A stretch of DNA of 64,000 nucleotides, taken from Nitrospirota bacterium. Its GTDB lineage: Bacteria; Nitrospirota; UBA9217. How positions within the stretch are numbered: position 1 is the first letter of the stretch; each line of letters begins with the position of its first letter. Positions 10,200-19,963 of this stretch are shown piece by piece. The notes beneath the pieces were generated by a model. It saw nothing but the letters and a program-made list of their open reading frames with translations, ran no database searches and was not told the DNA's origin. The stretch lies in contig CAVVUN010000015.1 of NCBI GenBank assembly GCA_963751455.1, positions 800,001-864,000 on the forward strand, written 5' to 3'. Position numbers and translations under genes: made by a program.

Positions 10200-13100
10200 G
10201 ACAGCGACTGACTTATATGTTTCTGGTCCTGTTTAGCGCGTCAACCCTCGCCGTTGTTGCGGGCATCGCATGGGTGACCGGTACAACGCAAGGCGCCCGC
10301 TGGCTTCTTGACCAGATATCGCAAAGGACTGCGCTCGAGATCAGTACCGAACGGCTTGAAGGAACGCTTGGCCGCGATTTGCGCGTGCACGGTCTGACTG
10401 TTTCCTGGCCTGGTGGAAATGCGCAGATTAAGAACATGCGGCTTCGATGGCGTCCCATTCTCCTGCTCTCATGCCGGTTCGTTATAACCGGGCTTTCCGT
10501 CGATGACGTCACTATCCAGGACAACGCTCCTGAGGAGAAGAAGCAGCCCGGTCTTTCCATGGCCAACGGTGAGCCGCCTTTTCACATACCTATTTGTCAG
10601 GATCGATCATTTTCATGTCGACCGGCTGCAATACCGGAAACTTGACCGGCCTCCCGTAATAGTAAAAAGATTCTCGGGTACCATCATTCTCGGCAATGGT
10701 TTCATAAGCGCGAACAAAGTCGAGATCGATATGCCGCAGGGCAGAGCCGGGTTGTCCATAAAAGCAGGTCTGTGGAAACCCTCCCTCGATCTCGATATGC
10801 AGTTTATCCCCGCTCATCCTGTTGCAGCAATGGACCGTTTTACCATACGAGCAGATCTTCTTCCCGCCCGTGCCCCGGACCGGGTATCCGGGCCTGTTAA
10901 AGTAGCAGCGATGTCCGGGCCGCGAACCGACCTGGAGGTTGCCGGAATACTCACAGTCGCAGAACAATCCGTTCGCCTTGCCGGGCTGCGCGCCTTTCGT
11001 CCCAATATGAAGGGAACGGCAACAGGCCAGGCCGAACTCATTCTCGCGGCAGATCAACCGTTCTTCCGCCTGCAGCTGAATTTTGCAGGGATCGATCTGC
11101 GTCCGGAACTGACAGTTGCCACTGACCTGTCCGGAAAGTTGAATATCGAAGGCAACCCGGACCGCTATGCGGGCGATATCACGATCGAAAACAGAGGAAA
11201 AGCACCGCGTACGGCTGCACTCTCCGCTTCCTTTCACGGAACTGCGGATGATATCCGGATGACGGCGATCAGGGGAACATGGCTCGGCGGGACGCTGACG
11301 GGTGACGCCAGGGTTTCCTGGAAAGATGCAGCGTCCTTCGCAGCCGCGCTGAAAGCCCGCTCCCTGAATCCTGCCGCTTTTTCGCCGTCATGGGAAGGAA
11401 CTGTAAATGCGGACGTCAGCGCGGCAGCCCGCTGGCCGCGGTCAGGGAAGCCCGAGGGAAGGCTTTCGCTTCTGCTTCTTGAAAGCCGTTTACGCGGAAA
11501 GGATCTGACCGGTGAACTTCGCGTGCGGTCGTCGAAGACTGACGTGCATCTGGACCGGCTGTTTCTTCGCGGGCAAGGCTTTTCCATGCAAGCGGGGGGC
11601 AGTTTGTCCGGAGGAATCCGGATGAAGACGGCTGTTTCGGATATATCGCTCTTCGTGCCGGAAACACGGGGATCAATCGATCTCGAAGGATCTGTCCGCT
11701 TGCGGGCGAATCTTTATTCCGGATGGCTTAAACTGCAGGGTCAGGCCATCGAGATCGAGGGCATAGAGTCAGGGTCGCTGGAACTTTCAGCCGCAGTCGA
11801 CGAGGGTAAGGACTATCCCTTTCGGTTTCACACGGCTTTTGCCGGCTTTACATATAAGGCGCTTCACGCAGACACGATTGTTCTCGACGGCGACGGTACG
11901 CTCTCAAACCACCACATTCGCGCCTCGATCGATTCGCCGGTTTTCAGAGCGGATGCCGCTCTCTCCGGGTCCTATTCGAACGGCGAATGGCTGGGGAGGA
12001 TTGCGCGCCTGTCCGGCCGCGATCATGTGGGTGGCTGGGACCAGGAAGCTCCTTCTGAGTTTCGGGTAAGCAGAGAGAGATTATCGCTGTCCCGGATTAT
12101 ACTGAGAGGCCAGGCCAACGAACAGGTCAAGCTTGACGCCGACGTCATGATCCAGGCCCAGCGCGGTTCAGTCAATGCCGAATGGCGGCAGCTTAACCTT
12201 GCCCGGGCAAACCTCTGGCTCAACGGCCTGGCCTTTTCCGGCGCGACCGACGGCGTGGCAAATTTGCAACTGCCGGAAAGGGGCCGCATTTAGGCAGGGG
12301 CAACCGCTGCGGCATCGGGGACCGTGACGATCGGTACACGCCAGGATCGTCATCAAAGAGTCGTCACTCAAAGGCGAGTGGAACGAACGAGGGCTTCTCG
12401 CTGCCGCGACACTGGTCACGGAACGCGGCAAGGCGCATGCCCGCGTGTACTCATCCGGTCGACCCGGCCCGGCTCTGCCGGAGCATGCCGAGGTCTCGGC
12501 TGACTGGGAAGAGTTCGACCTTGCCCTGATCGGCGCCTGGGTTAAGGACGTTCAGCTGTCCGGAGCAATCTCAGGCCGGTTAAAAGGAACGGTGAACAGC
12601 GGAAAAATACTGGACTTTGCCGGAGAAGTTTCTGTGGCAGAGGGCGCTCTTCGCCGCCGTGTGCGGGACGTTGAGATTTCCGCTGCTGTTAAGAAGGTCA
12701 TTCTCGGCTGGACCTGGCGCGGCGATATACTGAGCGGTTCTATCAAGATGGCCCTTGCAGAACATGGAGAGGCAGATGCTCGTTTCAGTATTCCGCTGCC
12801 GGCCCGTCTACCGGTCTCCATAGAGCCTGGAGGGCACGTTCGCGCTGCTCTTACCGGAACCGTACAAGAACTCGGTATCCTTACCGCATTTTTCCCCGGC
12901 CTTATCGAGGATAGCCGCGGGCAGCTCGATCTTGACCTGCGGGTGGAAGGGACATGGGCAGCGCCGGCTCTGAAAGGCTCCATCGTTCTCGATAAGGCCG
13001 CCGGCTATTTCCCGGCTGCAGGCATTCACGTAACCGGGATTCGCGTCAAAGTACGGATGGAACAGGACCGAATATACGTAGACACCGCCGAAGCCCGCTC

Positions 13101-14193
13101 AGGGCCCGGTACCCTTACGGGTAGCGCCGTGATAGACATGGAACAATGGAGGATTTCCGGCTTCAAGGGCAGCTTGAGCGGCGACGCATTCGAAGCTCTT
13201 TACCTGCCGGACCTGCGAATCCAGCTGAGCCCGCGCATCGAATTCGAAGGCTCACGGCAGAAAGTTTCCGTCAGGGGAGAAATACTCGTGCCGGAGTTTT
13301 TGACCTATGGCCGGCCGCAGGAGGCTTCCATAAAGCCGAGCAGCGACGTCATGATAACGGACGGCACGAGGGAGCCCGCGGAATTGCCCGTTGCTCTCGA
13401 CCTCAAAGTCAAAGTCTTGCTGGGCAAGCACGTTCTCGTAAAAGCAGAGGGGGCCGACGCACAGCTCGGCGGAAGCGTGGAGCTGAGGTCCGGGAAAAAC
13501 AATGAAGTCCTGGGTACGGGCGAAATCACGGTCGTTAAAGGCAGGTACAGCGCCTACGGCGTAAACCTCGATATTAAGAGAGGACGGGTCCTCTTCGCGG
13601 GCGGCCCGGTCGACAACCCGGGGCTCGACATCCTTGCCCTGCGCAGGGTGGGGGAGGTCCGGGCCGGGGTGGTCATTACGGGGTCGACGCAGCAACCGCA
13701 GGTAAAGCTGTATTCCGAACCATCCATGCAGGATATCGATATTCTGGCCTACATCGTGCTCGGCCATCCTTTGGGCGAAGACCGCACCCAGGGCCTGTCC
13801 TTGATGCAGGCGGCAGGACTCCTTCTGTCGGCAGGACAATCGGCAACGCTCCAGGATCAAATGAAACAACGGCTGGGAGTCGATACACTTGATATCGAGA
13901 CGCAGGCCCCGGGCAAGACGCAGACGGTTCCCGGTCAGCCTGCGGGCGCCGCGCCGACGACCGGGCCGGTGGCGCAAACAGGCGGACAGCCCGCGGGGGA
14001 CCAGGTGGCCCGTTCTCTCATAACGGTCGGCAAATATCTTACACCCAGGTTATATGTCAGTTATGGCCGGTCCCTGTTTACCGGCGAAAACGAATTCAGG
14101 CTGCGGTATTCGTTCTCGAAGCGCTGGGAAGTGGAAACGCAAACCGGCATCGAAAGCGGTGTCGATCTTTTCTATAAAATAGATTTCGACTAG
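10196..14193 (+). CDS. tamB: Translocation and assembly module TamB; frameshifts near 10550 and 12290
   Basis: N-terminal TM (GTTQGARWL), beta-taco repeats, DUF490-type C-terminus TVGKYLTPRLYVSYG...GVDLFYKIDFD across three ORFs. Confidence 0.9.
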
Positions 14194-14465
14194 TACAACG
14201 TAAACCTAGTTGTTAATAGTTCCACGACGTCATTACGGTGTGCTTTAAGCCAACAAGCCGGAACTAAAAAGATTGAACCGCGAGGGCGCAAAGGTCGCCA
14301 GGAAGGCAATACTATCCTGTGGCATATTACGGGAATTTCGCTTTCCTCGCGTTCCTCGCGACTTCGCGGTAAATGTTCCTGCCGTTTTGAGAGGAATTCG
14401 ATTTGTAACTGACTACTGGACCCGGCTAAAGGTGCAATACAATCAAGAATTAGTTTTACAGTGCA
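14194..14465. mobile_element. Candidate 272-bp CTAG-flanked MITE carrying a CGCGAAG-type palindrome (14276-14370)
   Basis: CTAG at 14190-14193 and 14466-14469; imperfect TIR TACAACGTAAACCTAGTT vs TGCACTGTAAAACTAATT (13/18); internal ACAAGCCGGAACTAAAA end motif. Confidence 0.55.
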
Positions 14466-14518
14466 CTAGCAGTGTTGAAAAGTCGATTATTCCGGTTATA
14501 AAGGCAGGAGGTGCGGAC

Positions 14519-14905
14519 ATGACTTACTATTTTACCAAGACCGTGCAGACAACATTCGAAGACGCGGTAAAGCGCGTGACCGAGGAACTCGCAAAGGAAG
14601 GATTCGGCGTCCTGAGCGATATCGACGTGAAAGCAACCTTCAAAAAGAAATTGAACGTTGACTTCAGGAACTACCGGATCCTGGGTGCATGCAATCCGCA
14701 GTTTGCCCAGCGTGCACTGGAGGTTGAAGACAAGATAGGAACGATGCTTCCCTGCAGCGTGGTCGTACAGGAAATCGAAAGCGTCGGCGCTGAAGTTTCG
14801 GCAATCGACCCTGTGATGTCGATGCAAGCGGTCCAGAACCCGGAGCTGCAGGCAATCGCCGAGGAGGTGCGCGAAAAGCTGAAAACGGTCATACGAAAGG
14901 TATGA
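14519..14905 (+). CDS. DUF302 domain protein
   Basis: EGFGVLSDIDV..TFKKKL...YRILGACNP..A...IGTMLPC; RBS GGAGG before ATG 14519. Confidence 0.9.
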   Translation: MTYYFTKTVQTTFEDAVKRVTEELAKEGFGVLSDIDVKATFKKKLNVDFRNYRILGACNPQFAQRALEVEDKIGTMLPCSVVVQEIESVGAEVSAIDPVMSMQAVQNPELQAIAEEVREKLKTVIRKV

Positions 14906-14931
14906 GGCTCAAACCCGAACAATTACGGCGT

Positions 14932-15690
14932 TTACAGCGCCTCTATTTTTACAACAACAACGGTTATATTGTCGGCCCCGCCGTGGTCGTTTGCGAGGTC
15001 AACGAGCCTCGCGGCAGCAGCCGCCGGCGCTAGATTCTGCAGTACGATTTTGATTTCGGAGTCATCAACCATGTCCGTGAGCCCGTCGGTGCAGAGCAGG
15101 AACGTGTCGTCAGGAGCCGGATCGATCTTCCGGAGTTCGATACGGAGTTCCTCTTCTATTCCGAGCGCGCGCGTTATAATATGCCGGTAGGGATTAGACC
15201 GGGCCTGCTCAGGAGGGAGCAGGCCTGCCCGCACGAGTTCCGCGACGACTGAATTGTCTTCACTGATCTGGCTTAGTAATCCAGCCTTCAAACGGTACGC
15301 CCTGCTGTCGCCGATATGCGCAAGATAAACGCTCGTGCCAAAGAAAAGGGCCGTAAGCGTGGTTCCCATTCCGGAGAGAACCGGATTACCGGCGGCAGCC
15401 TTCCGAATATTTGCGTTTGCCCGACTGAATGCCGTCTCCAGCGCCGAACGACAGGGATCAACGGCAGAGGGCCGCTCCCGAACGGCTGCGTCCGGCCCTG
15501 AGGCAAGCAGCAGCGGAACTTCGCGGGCCACGGTATCGACTGCCAGCCGGCTGGCTACCTCCCCGCCCTGGTGCCCGCCGATGCCGTCCGCCACCGCATA
15601 CAGTCCGTTGCCATCGTCGATGAGATACGAATCCTCATTGTTCTTTCTTGATTTGCCGCTGTCTGTCCGTCCGAAAGAGACGATTTTCAT
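14932..15690 (-). CDS. PP2C-family Ser/Thr protein phosphatase (Stp1/PrpC-like)
   Basis: RKNNEDS, VADGIGGH, GMGTT, HIGDSRAY, LLCTDGL, GGADNIT. Confidence 0.95.
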   Translation of the reverse strand: MKIVSFGRTDSGKSRKNNEDSYLIDDGNGLYAVADGIGGHQGGEVASRLAVDTVAREVPLLLASGPDAAVRERPSAVDPCRSALETAFSRANANIRKAAAGNPVLSGMGTTLTALFFGTSVYLAHIGDSRAYRLKAGLLSQISEDNSVVAELVRAGLLPPEQARSNPYRHIITRALGIEEELRIELRKIDPAPDDTFLLCTDGLTDMVDDSEIKIVLQNLAPAAAAARLVDLANDHGGADNITVVVVKIEAL

Positions 15691-15966
15691 AGGCCGATAA
15701 TCGGGTTCAGGAAAACGAGGCTTCACACAGTGCTACCTTGGTAAGGATGCCGGCAGGCCGGAGATGGTTCCAATGATAGAATATTACGGCAGTTGCGTCA
15801 AGCTGAATCCCGGCAACTCATGAAATGATAGACGGAGAATTCATTGTAGCGGAACCGGGGATCAAGGCGGGACAAGGGAAAGAGATCAGGCTCGACCGGA
15901 ACAAGGGAGTAATGAAAACCTGTTTCAAGGAAATCCAGAGGTCGCTACATTCCCAACTCTGTATTT

Positions 15967-16203
15967 CTAGCCTTGTTTTTTCTTCTCTTCATACAGAGCG
16001 AGCAAAGGCAGGGTATCCATGTTCAGGACATTTGCATACATCTTCAGATAACCCCGGTCGAACACGTTCGGGATGCTCTGAAATTTACCCTCTTCCATGT
16101 CCTTGAGATAATGAGCGCTTATGCGGGTCCTCCTTGCAATGTCTCCGATCTCAAGTCCGCGCGCCACTCTTCCTTCTTTCAACATACGACCGATATTACG
16201 CAT
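15967..16203 (-). CDS. Small HTH protein (RodZ N-terminal / HTH_25-like domain only)
   Basis: IG..LKEGR...G..I.DIARRTRIS..YL..MEEG.F...RGYLKMYA. Confidence 0.8.
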   Translation of the reverse strand: MRNIGRMLKEGRVARGLEIGDIARRTRISAHYLKDMEEGKFQSIPNVFDRGYLKMYANVLNMDTLPLLALYEEKKKQG

Positions 16204-16566
16204 CTTCGCCCCCCCGACGTTTAAGAGTAATATAGGTTAACAGATTCAGGATTCTGTCCGGGGATCAATCCCCAGGCCGGGAATCTGGTTATTTTTTAAT
16301 AAAGCATTGCTGCAATCACAAATCCAAAGAACCGAGACAGGAGCGCTTCCGCTCTGTAGATTGTATCAAAATTTTCAGAAAAGCGAGGATTTTTTATTTT
16401 CCTATCACGAAACGGACACAAAAGCAACGTAAATTTCTAATTTTGTAATTCTGCAACTTTTCGTTTTTTGTGCGACACAACATCTTGTGCCGTTCTTTGT
16501 AAAACCACCAGTTCTGCTCTTTTTTATATTGATCGTCGCCGCATAAACGTGCTATAAACCAGGAAC

Positions 16567-17256
16567 ATGAAAACGTTTTACCCGGTCCTCCGGCATAAAA
16601 ACAGCAAGTTGTATGCACAGGCCTCCGCGCTCGCCCTGGTCACGATTCTCTATAATATCGTTGAAGGATTGGTGTCGGTCTTCTTCGGCCTGGAAGATGA
16701 AAGCATGTCGCTGTTCGGCTTTGGGCTCGATTCCTTTGTGGAAGTGGTTTCGGGCATCGGCATCTGGCACATGATCCGAAGAATACGGCGGCACGACGGG
16801 GAGAACCCGGACGTATTCGAGAAACGGGCGCTCAGGATCACGGGGTCCGCTTTCTATGCGCTTACGGCAGGGCTCGCGATTACTTCTCTCGTCGATTTGT
16901 ACCGGGGGCACAAACCGGAAAGCACGTTCTGGGGAATTGCGGTCTCTCTCGTATCAATTTTTGCAATGTGGGCGCTGATCCGGGCAAAGGTTTCGGTCGG
17001 GAGAAGACTGAATTCTCAGGCAATACTTGCGGATGCCGCCTGCACTCGCGCCTGCCTCCAGCTATCCGTAGTGCTGCTGATTGCGAGTGCGGGATACAGG
17101 CTTACGGGATTCGGCGGACTCGATTCCATCGGGGCGCTCGTGATCGCTGTGTTGTGTCTCCGGGAAGGCAAAGAAGCCTTTGAAAAAGCGCGGGCGGGAA
17201 GTTTTGCCTGCACGTGCGGAGGGAGCTGTAGAGAAGCAGAAACAGCGAAAAAATGA
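16567..17256 (+). CDS. Cation diffusion facilitator-like membrane transporter (TM domain only)
   Basis: YNIVEG, SLFGFGLDSFVE, LADA, six TM segments, CTCGGSC tail. Confidence 0.82.
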   Translation: MKTFYPVLRHKNSKLYAQASALALVTILYNIVEGLVSVFFGLEDESMSLFGFGLDSFVEVVSGIGIWHMIRRIRRHDGENPDVFEKRALRITGSAFYALTAGLAITSLVDLYRGHKPESTFWGIAVSLVSIFAMWALIRAKVSVGRRLNSQAILADAACTRACLQLSVVLLIASAGYRLTGFGGLDSIGALVIAVLCLREGKEAFEKARAGSFACTCGGSCREAETAKK

Positions 17257-17292
17257 AAAAAGAGGGACGATGGGAGCATCAGAGGCTGAAGG

Positions 17293-17931
17293 ATGAAATT
17301 CAAAATTGACTTGCACGTACACTCACGATACAGCACTGACAATGATTCCGATCCGGAGGAAACAGTTGTCCGCGCCATTGAACTGGGTCTGCACGGGATT
17401 GCCTTTACCGAGCACTATCATTACGCTGCTTCGGAGCCGATCGAGACGCTGAAGGAAAAATACCGGGCCAGCATCATGATATTCAGGGGCGTGGAATACT
17501 CTACCGCGGAAGGGCATTGTCTTATTTTCGGCGCTGATACGGATAAACTCGGCATAAAATACGCTCCTGCGGCGGACGTGATCCGCTTCGTGAACGGTTC
17601 GGGCGGTGTGGTCATTCCATCGCATCCGTACAGGCCCGGGACGAGCCTCGGCGACAGCGTCATGGGACTCGAAGGCATTACCGGCCTTGAGGGGTATAAC
17701 GGCGCAAACATGCACTCGTTTAACCTTCAGGCTATCGCGGCGGCAAAGGCCCTTAAGCTGCCCTTTACCGGGGGCTCCGACGCGCACTCCGCCCGGGAAA
17801 TCGGTTCCTGCTATACAGAGTTTCCGTGCGAGGTAACCTACGATAATTTTATAGCTTTACTGCGTTCGGGGAACTATTGCGGTGTGGATACGAGGAAGAT
17901 ATCGAGGATTGTCTTAGAAGGTCATCAGTAG
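17293..17931 (+). CDS. PHP-domain metal-dependent phosphoesterase
   Basis: DLHVHS, AFTEH, SHPYR, GGSDAH. Confidence 0.92.
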   Translation: MKFKIDLHVHSRYSTDNDSDPEETVVRAIELGLHGIAFTEHYHYAASEPIETLKEKYRASIMIFRGVEYSTAEGHCLIFGADTDKLGIKYAPAADVIRFVNGSGGVVIPSHPYRPGTSLGDSVMGLEGITGLEGYNGANMHSFNLQAIAAAKALKLPFTGGSDAHSAREIGSCYTEFPCEVTYDNFIALLRSGNYCGVDTRKISRIVLEGHQ

Positions 17932-17960
17932 TTTTTGCTGTGTAGACGACTAGAGAAGAG

Positions 17961-18950
17961 TTAACCGATATGATAGTGCGTCAGGAGTTTCTGGATCCCC
18001 CAGGCCATGGAGATGCAGACCGGCAGGGTAAGGACCCATGCCATCACGATCTTGCCCGCTATGCCCCACCGCACCGCCGAGAGCCGTTTCGTTGCGCCCA
18101 CTCCCAGGATCGCGGTTGAGACCACATGCGTCGTGCTTACGGGCAGGCCCCAATGGCTTGCTGCCACGATAATCGCAGTGGAGGACGTTTCCGCGGCAAA
18201 GCCGTGAATAGGCTCGAGCTTCAGCATTTTGACGCCGAGAGTCTTGATGATCTTCCATCCCCCGAACAGGGTGCCGAATCCCATTGCAAGCGCGCAGATT
18301 AAGATTACCCATTTGGGCACATCGAGCGTATGCAGCACTCCCCCGCTTACCAGGGCCATGGTTATTATTCCCATGGCCTTCTGCGCGTCGTTGGAACCGT
18401 GGCCGAATGCCATAAAGGCCGATGACACGATCTGCAGCCTTCCGAAGTACTTGCTGATTATGCCGGGCGACAACCGGCCGAAGAGTCTCAGGATGAGTTT
18501 CATGAACAGGTAGCCGATGATTATACCGAGCACGGGCGAGATGAGAAGCGATGTCAGGATTTTCACAATCCCGCCGACATTCAGGATGCCGATCCCGCCG
18601 TGCGCCGTTGCTGCCCCTGCGATTCCGCCGAACAGCGCATGGGAAGAGCTTACGGGAAGCCCCATCAGGATTGTGATCAGGTTCCAGAGGATGGCGGAGA
18701 GCAGCGCGGAGATGATGACGAGGTCGGTGACTGCCAGGGGGTCAACGATGCCTGATCCGACGGTTTTAGCTACGGCTGTCGTCAGGAAGGCGCCGAAGAT
18801 GTTCATCCCGGCGGCCAGCATTACGGCAGCCAGGGGTGAAAGTACCTTGGTCGATACTACGGTGGCAATGGCATTGGCCGCGTCGTGCCACCCGTTCGCG
18901 ATATCGAAAAATACCGCGAGAACGATGATCAGTATCAGGATCTCATGCAT
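17961..18950 (-). CDS. PiT-family inorganic phosphate transporter
   Basis: NGWHDAANAIATVV, GLPVSSSHAL, HGSNDAQK, LPVSTTH. Confidence 0.95.
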   Translation of the reverse strand: MHEILILIIVLAVFFDIANGWHDAANAIATVVSTKVLSPLAAVMLAAGMNIFGAFLTTAVAKTVGSGIVDPLAVTDLVIISALLSAILWNLITILMGLPVSSSHALFGGIAGAATAHGGIGILNVGGIVKILTSLLISPVLGIIIGYLFMKLILRLFGRLSPGIISKYFGRLQIVSSAFMAFGHGSNDAQKAMGIITMALVSGGVLHTLDVPKWVILICALAMGFGTLFGGWKIIKTLGVKMLKLEPIHGFAAETSSTAIIVAASHWGLPVSTTHVVSTAILGVGATKRLSAVRWGIAGKIVMAWVLTLPVCISMAWGIQKLLTHYHIG

Positions 18951-19560
18951 TTTTGAGGACTATGCTTTCGAGAATATTCGCGACGTCTTCAGCCCTGTCC
19001 GACGCGTCCTCGAAGAGCTGATAAATATCCTTCCACTTGATGATGTATACCGGATCATTCTTCTCGTTTACCAGTTTGCCGAGGGCATCCCGGTACTTGC
19101 GGTCGATCCTGTTCTCCAGCCGGTTGATCTCGATGCAGTGCTCCTGCACATGTGAATATTGTTTCGCGCGAAGGTCCCGGAGCGCTTTCTTCAGGATGTC
19201 CGCAGTCATCTGCAGGTCTTCGGCAATGGATATGACTTCGGGCGTCGGTTTTTCTATTTTATAGACGGACATTCTGTCCACGGCCGCCCAGATGAGGTCG
19301 AGAACATCGTCAATCCTCGACGCAAGCGCATGAATGTCCTCGCGGTCTATCGGCGTCAGGAACGTCCTGTTCAGGTCCTTCATGATGTCATGCGTGAGCA
19401 TGTCGCCTTCCTGCTCGAACTCGTAAATGGCCTTCGCCTTCTTCTCGAAGGTTTCGAAATTATTCATCAGGTCGACGAGGACGTTGGCGGCCCGGGAAAC
19501 GTTCTCGAGTGCGCGATCGAACTGTTGAAAGAAATCTATTTTTTTCGGGAATAATGCCAT
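18943..19560 (-). CDS. DUF47 (PhoU-like) phosphate transport regulator
   Basis: TFLTPIDREDI...LENRID...IKWKDIY..FEDASDRAEDVA; overlaps the PiT gene. Confidence 0.93.
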   Translation of the reverse strand: MALFPKKIDFFQQFDRALENVSRAANVLVDLMNNFETFEKKAKAIYEFEQEGDMLTHDIMKDLNRTFLTPIDREDIHALASRIDDVLDLIWAAVDRMSVYKIEKPTPEVISIAEDLQMTADILKKALRDLRAKQYSHVQEHCIEINRLENRIDRKYRDALGKLVNEKNDPVYIIKWKDIYQLFEDASDRAEDVANILESIVLKNA

Positions 19561-19764
19561 AAATAGATCTATTCACTCCTTACTCGGGATTTTTGGCGAT
19601 TGCCGATACAGGCTGGGGACTTCCATAACGAACAGTTTCAAAATATATCATAAACCGGTTTCAGACGCAACTTCAAAATTTTTAATTTAAAGGAAATGGT
19701 ATAGCGCATGAAGACAATATTAAATCGAAACTGTCCCGGGTTTACTGCTCTCTGAAAAAAAATT

Positions 19765-19921
19765 GTAACCATTCAGCTTCTTTTCAGAACGGCATTAAGA
19801 CAAATCTGAGAAAAAACCCTTCTATCCGCAGATTTCGCAGATTTACGCAGATTTTTACCGGAATTCTGGTTTTGTTTTTATCTGCGTAATCTGCGGATAA
19901 AAAAATGACCTGAATAGTTAC
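19765..19921. mobile_element. 157-bp MITE with GTAA termini and 8-bp target duplication; inverted homolog of 8029-8196
   Basis: Ends GTAACCATTCAG / CTGAATAGTTAC; direct repeat AAAAAATT at 19757-19764 and 19922-19929; one 9-bp unit fewer than copy 1. Confidence 0.87.
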
Positions 19922-19963
19922 AAAAAATTAAAGAATATTACATCATATGCTATAGTATCAGTC

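Noticed and set aside
14273-14518. N-terminal extensions of DUF302, and likewise of ORFs 3776, 29728, 39529, 45542 and 61210
   Set aside because: The extensions run through repeats or upstream genes; better starts lie downstream.
16241-16287. Riboswitch upstream of the small HTH gene, and a hairpin near 32900-32945
   Set aside because: Hairpins are present, but I could not match c-di-GMP or other aptamer consensus; an Infernal/Rfam scan would be needed.
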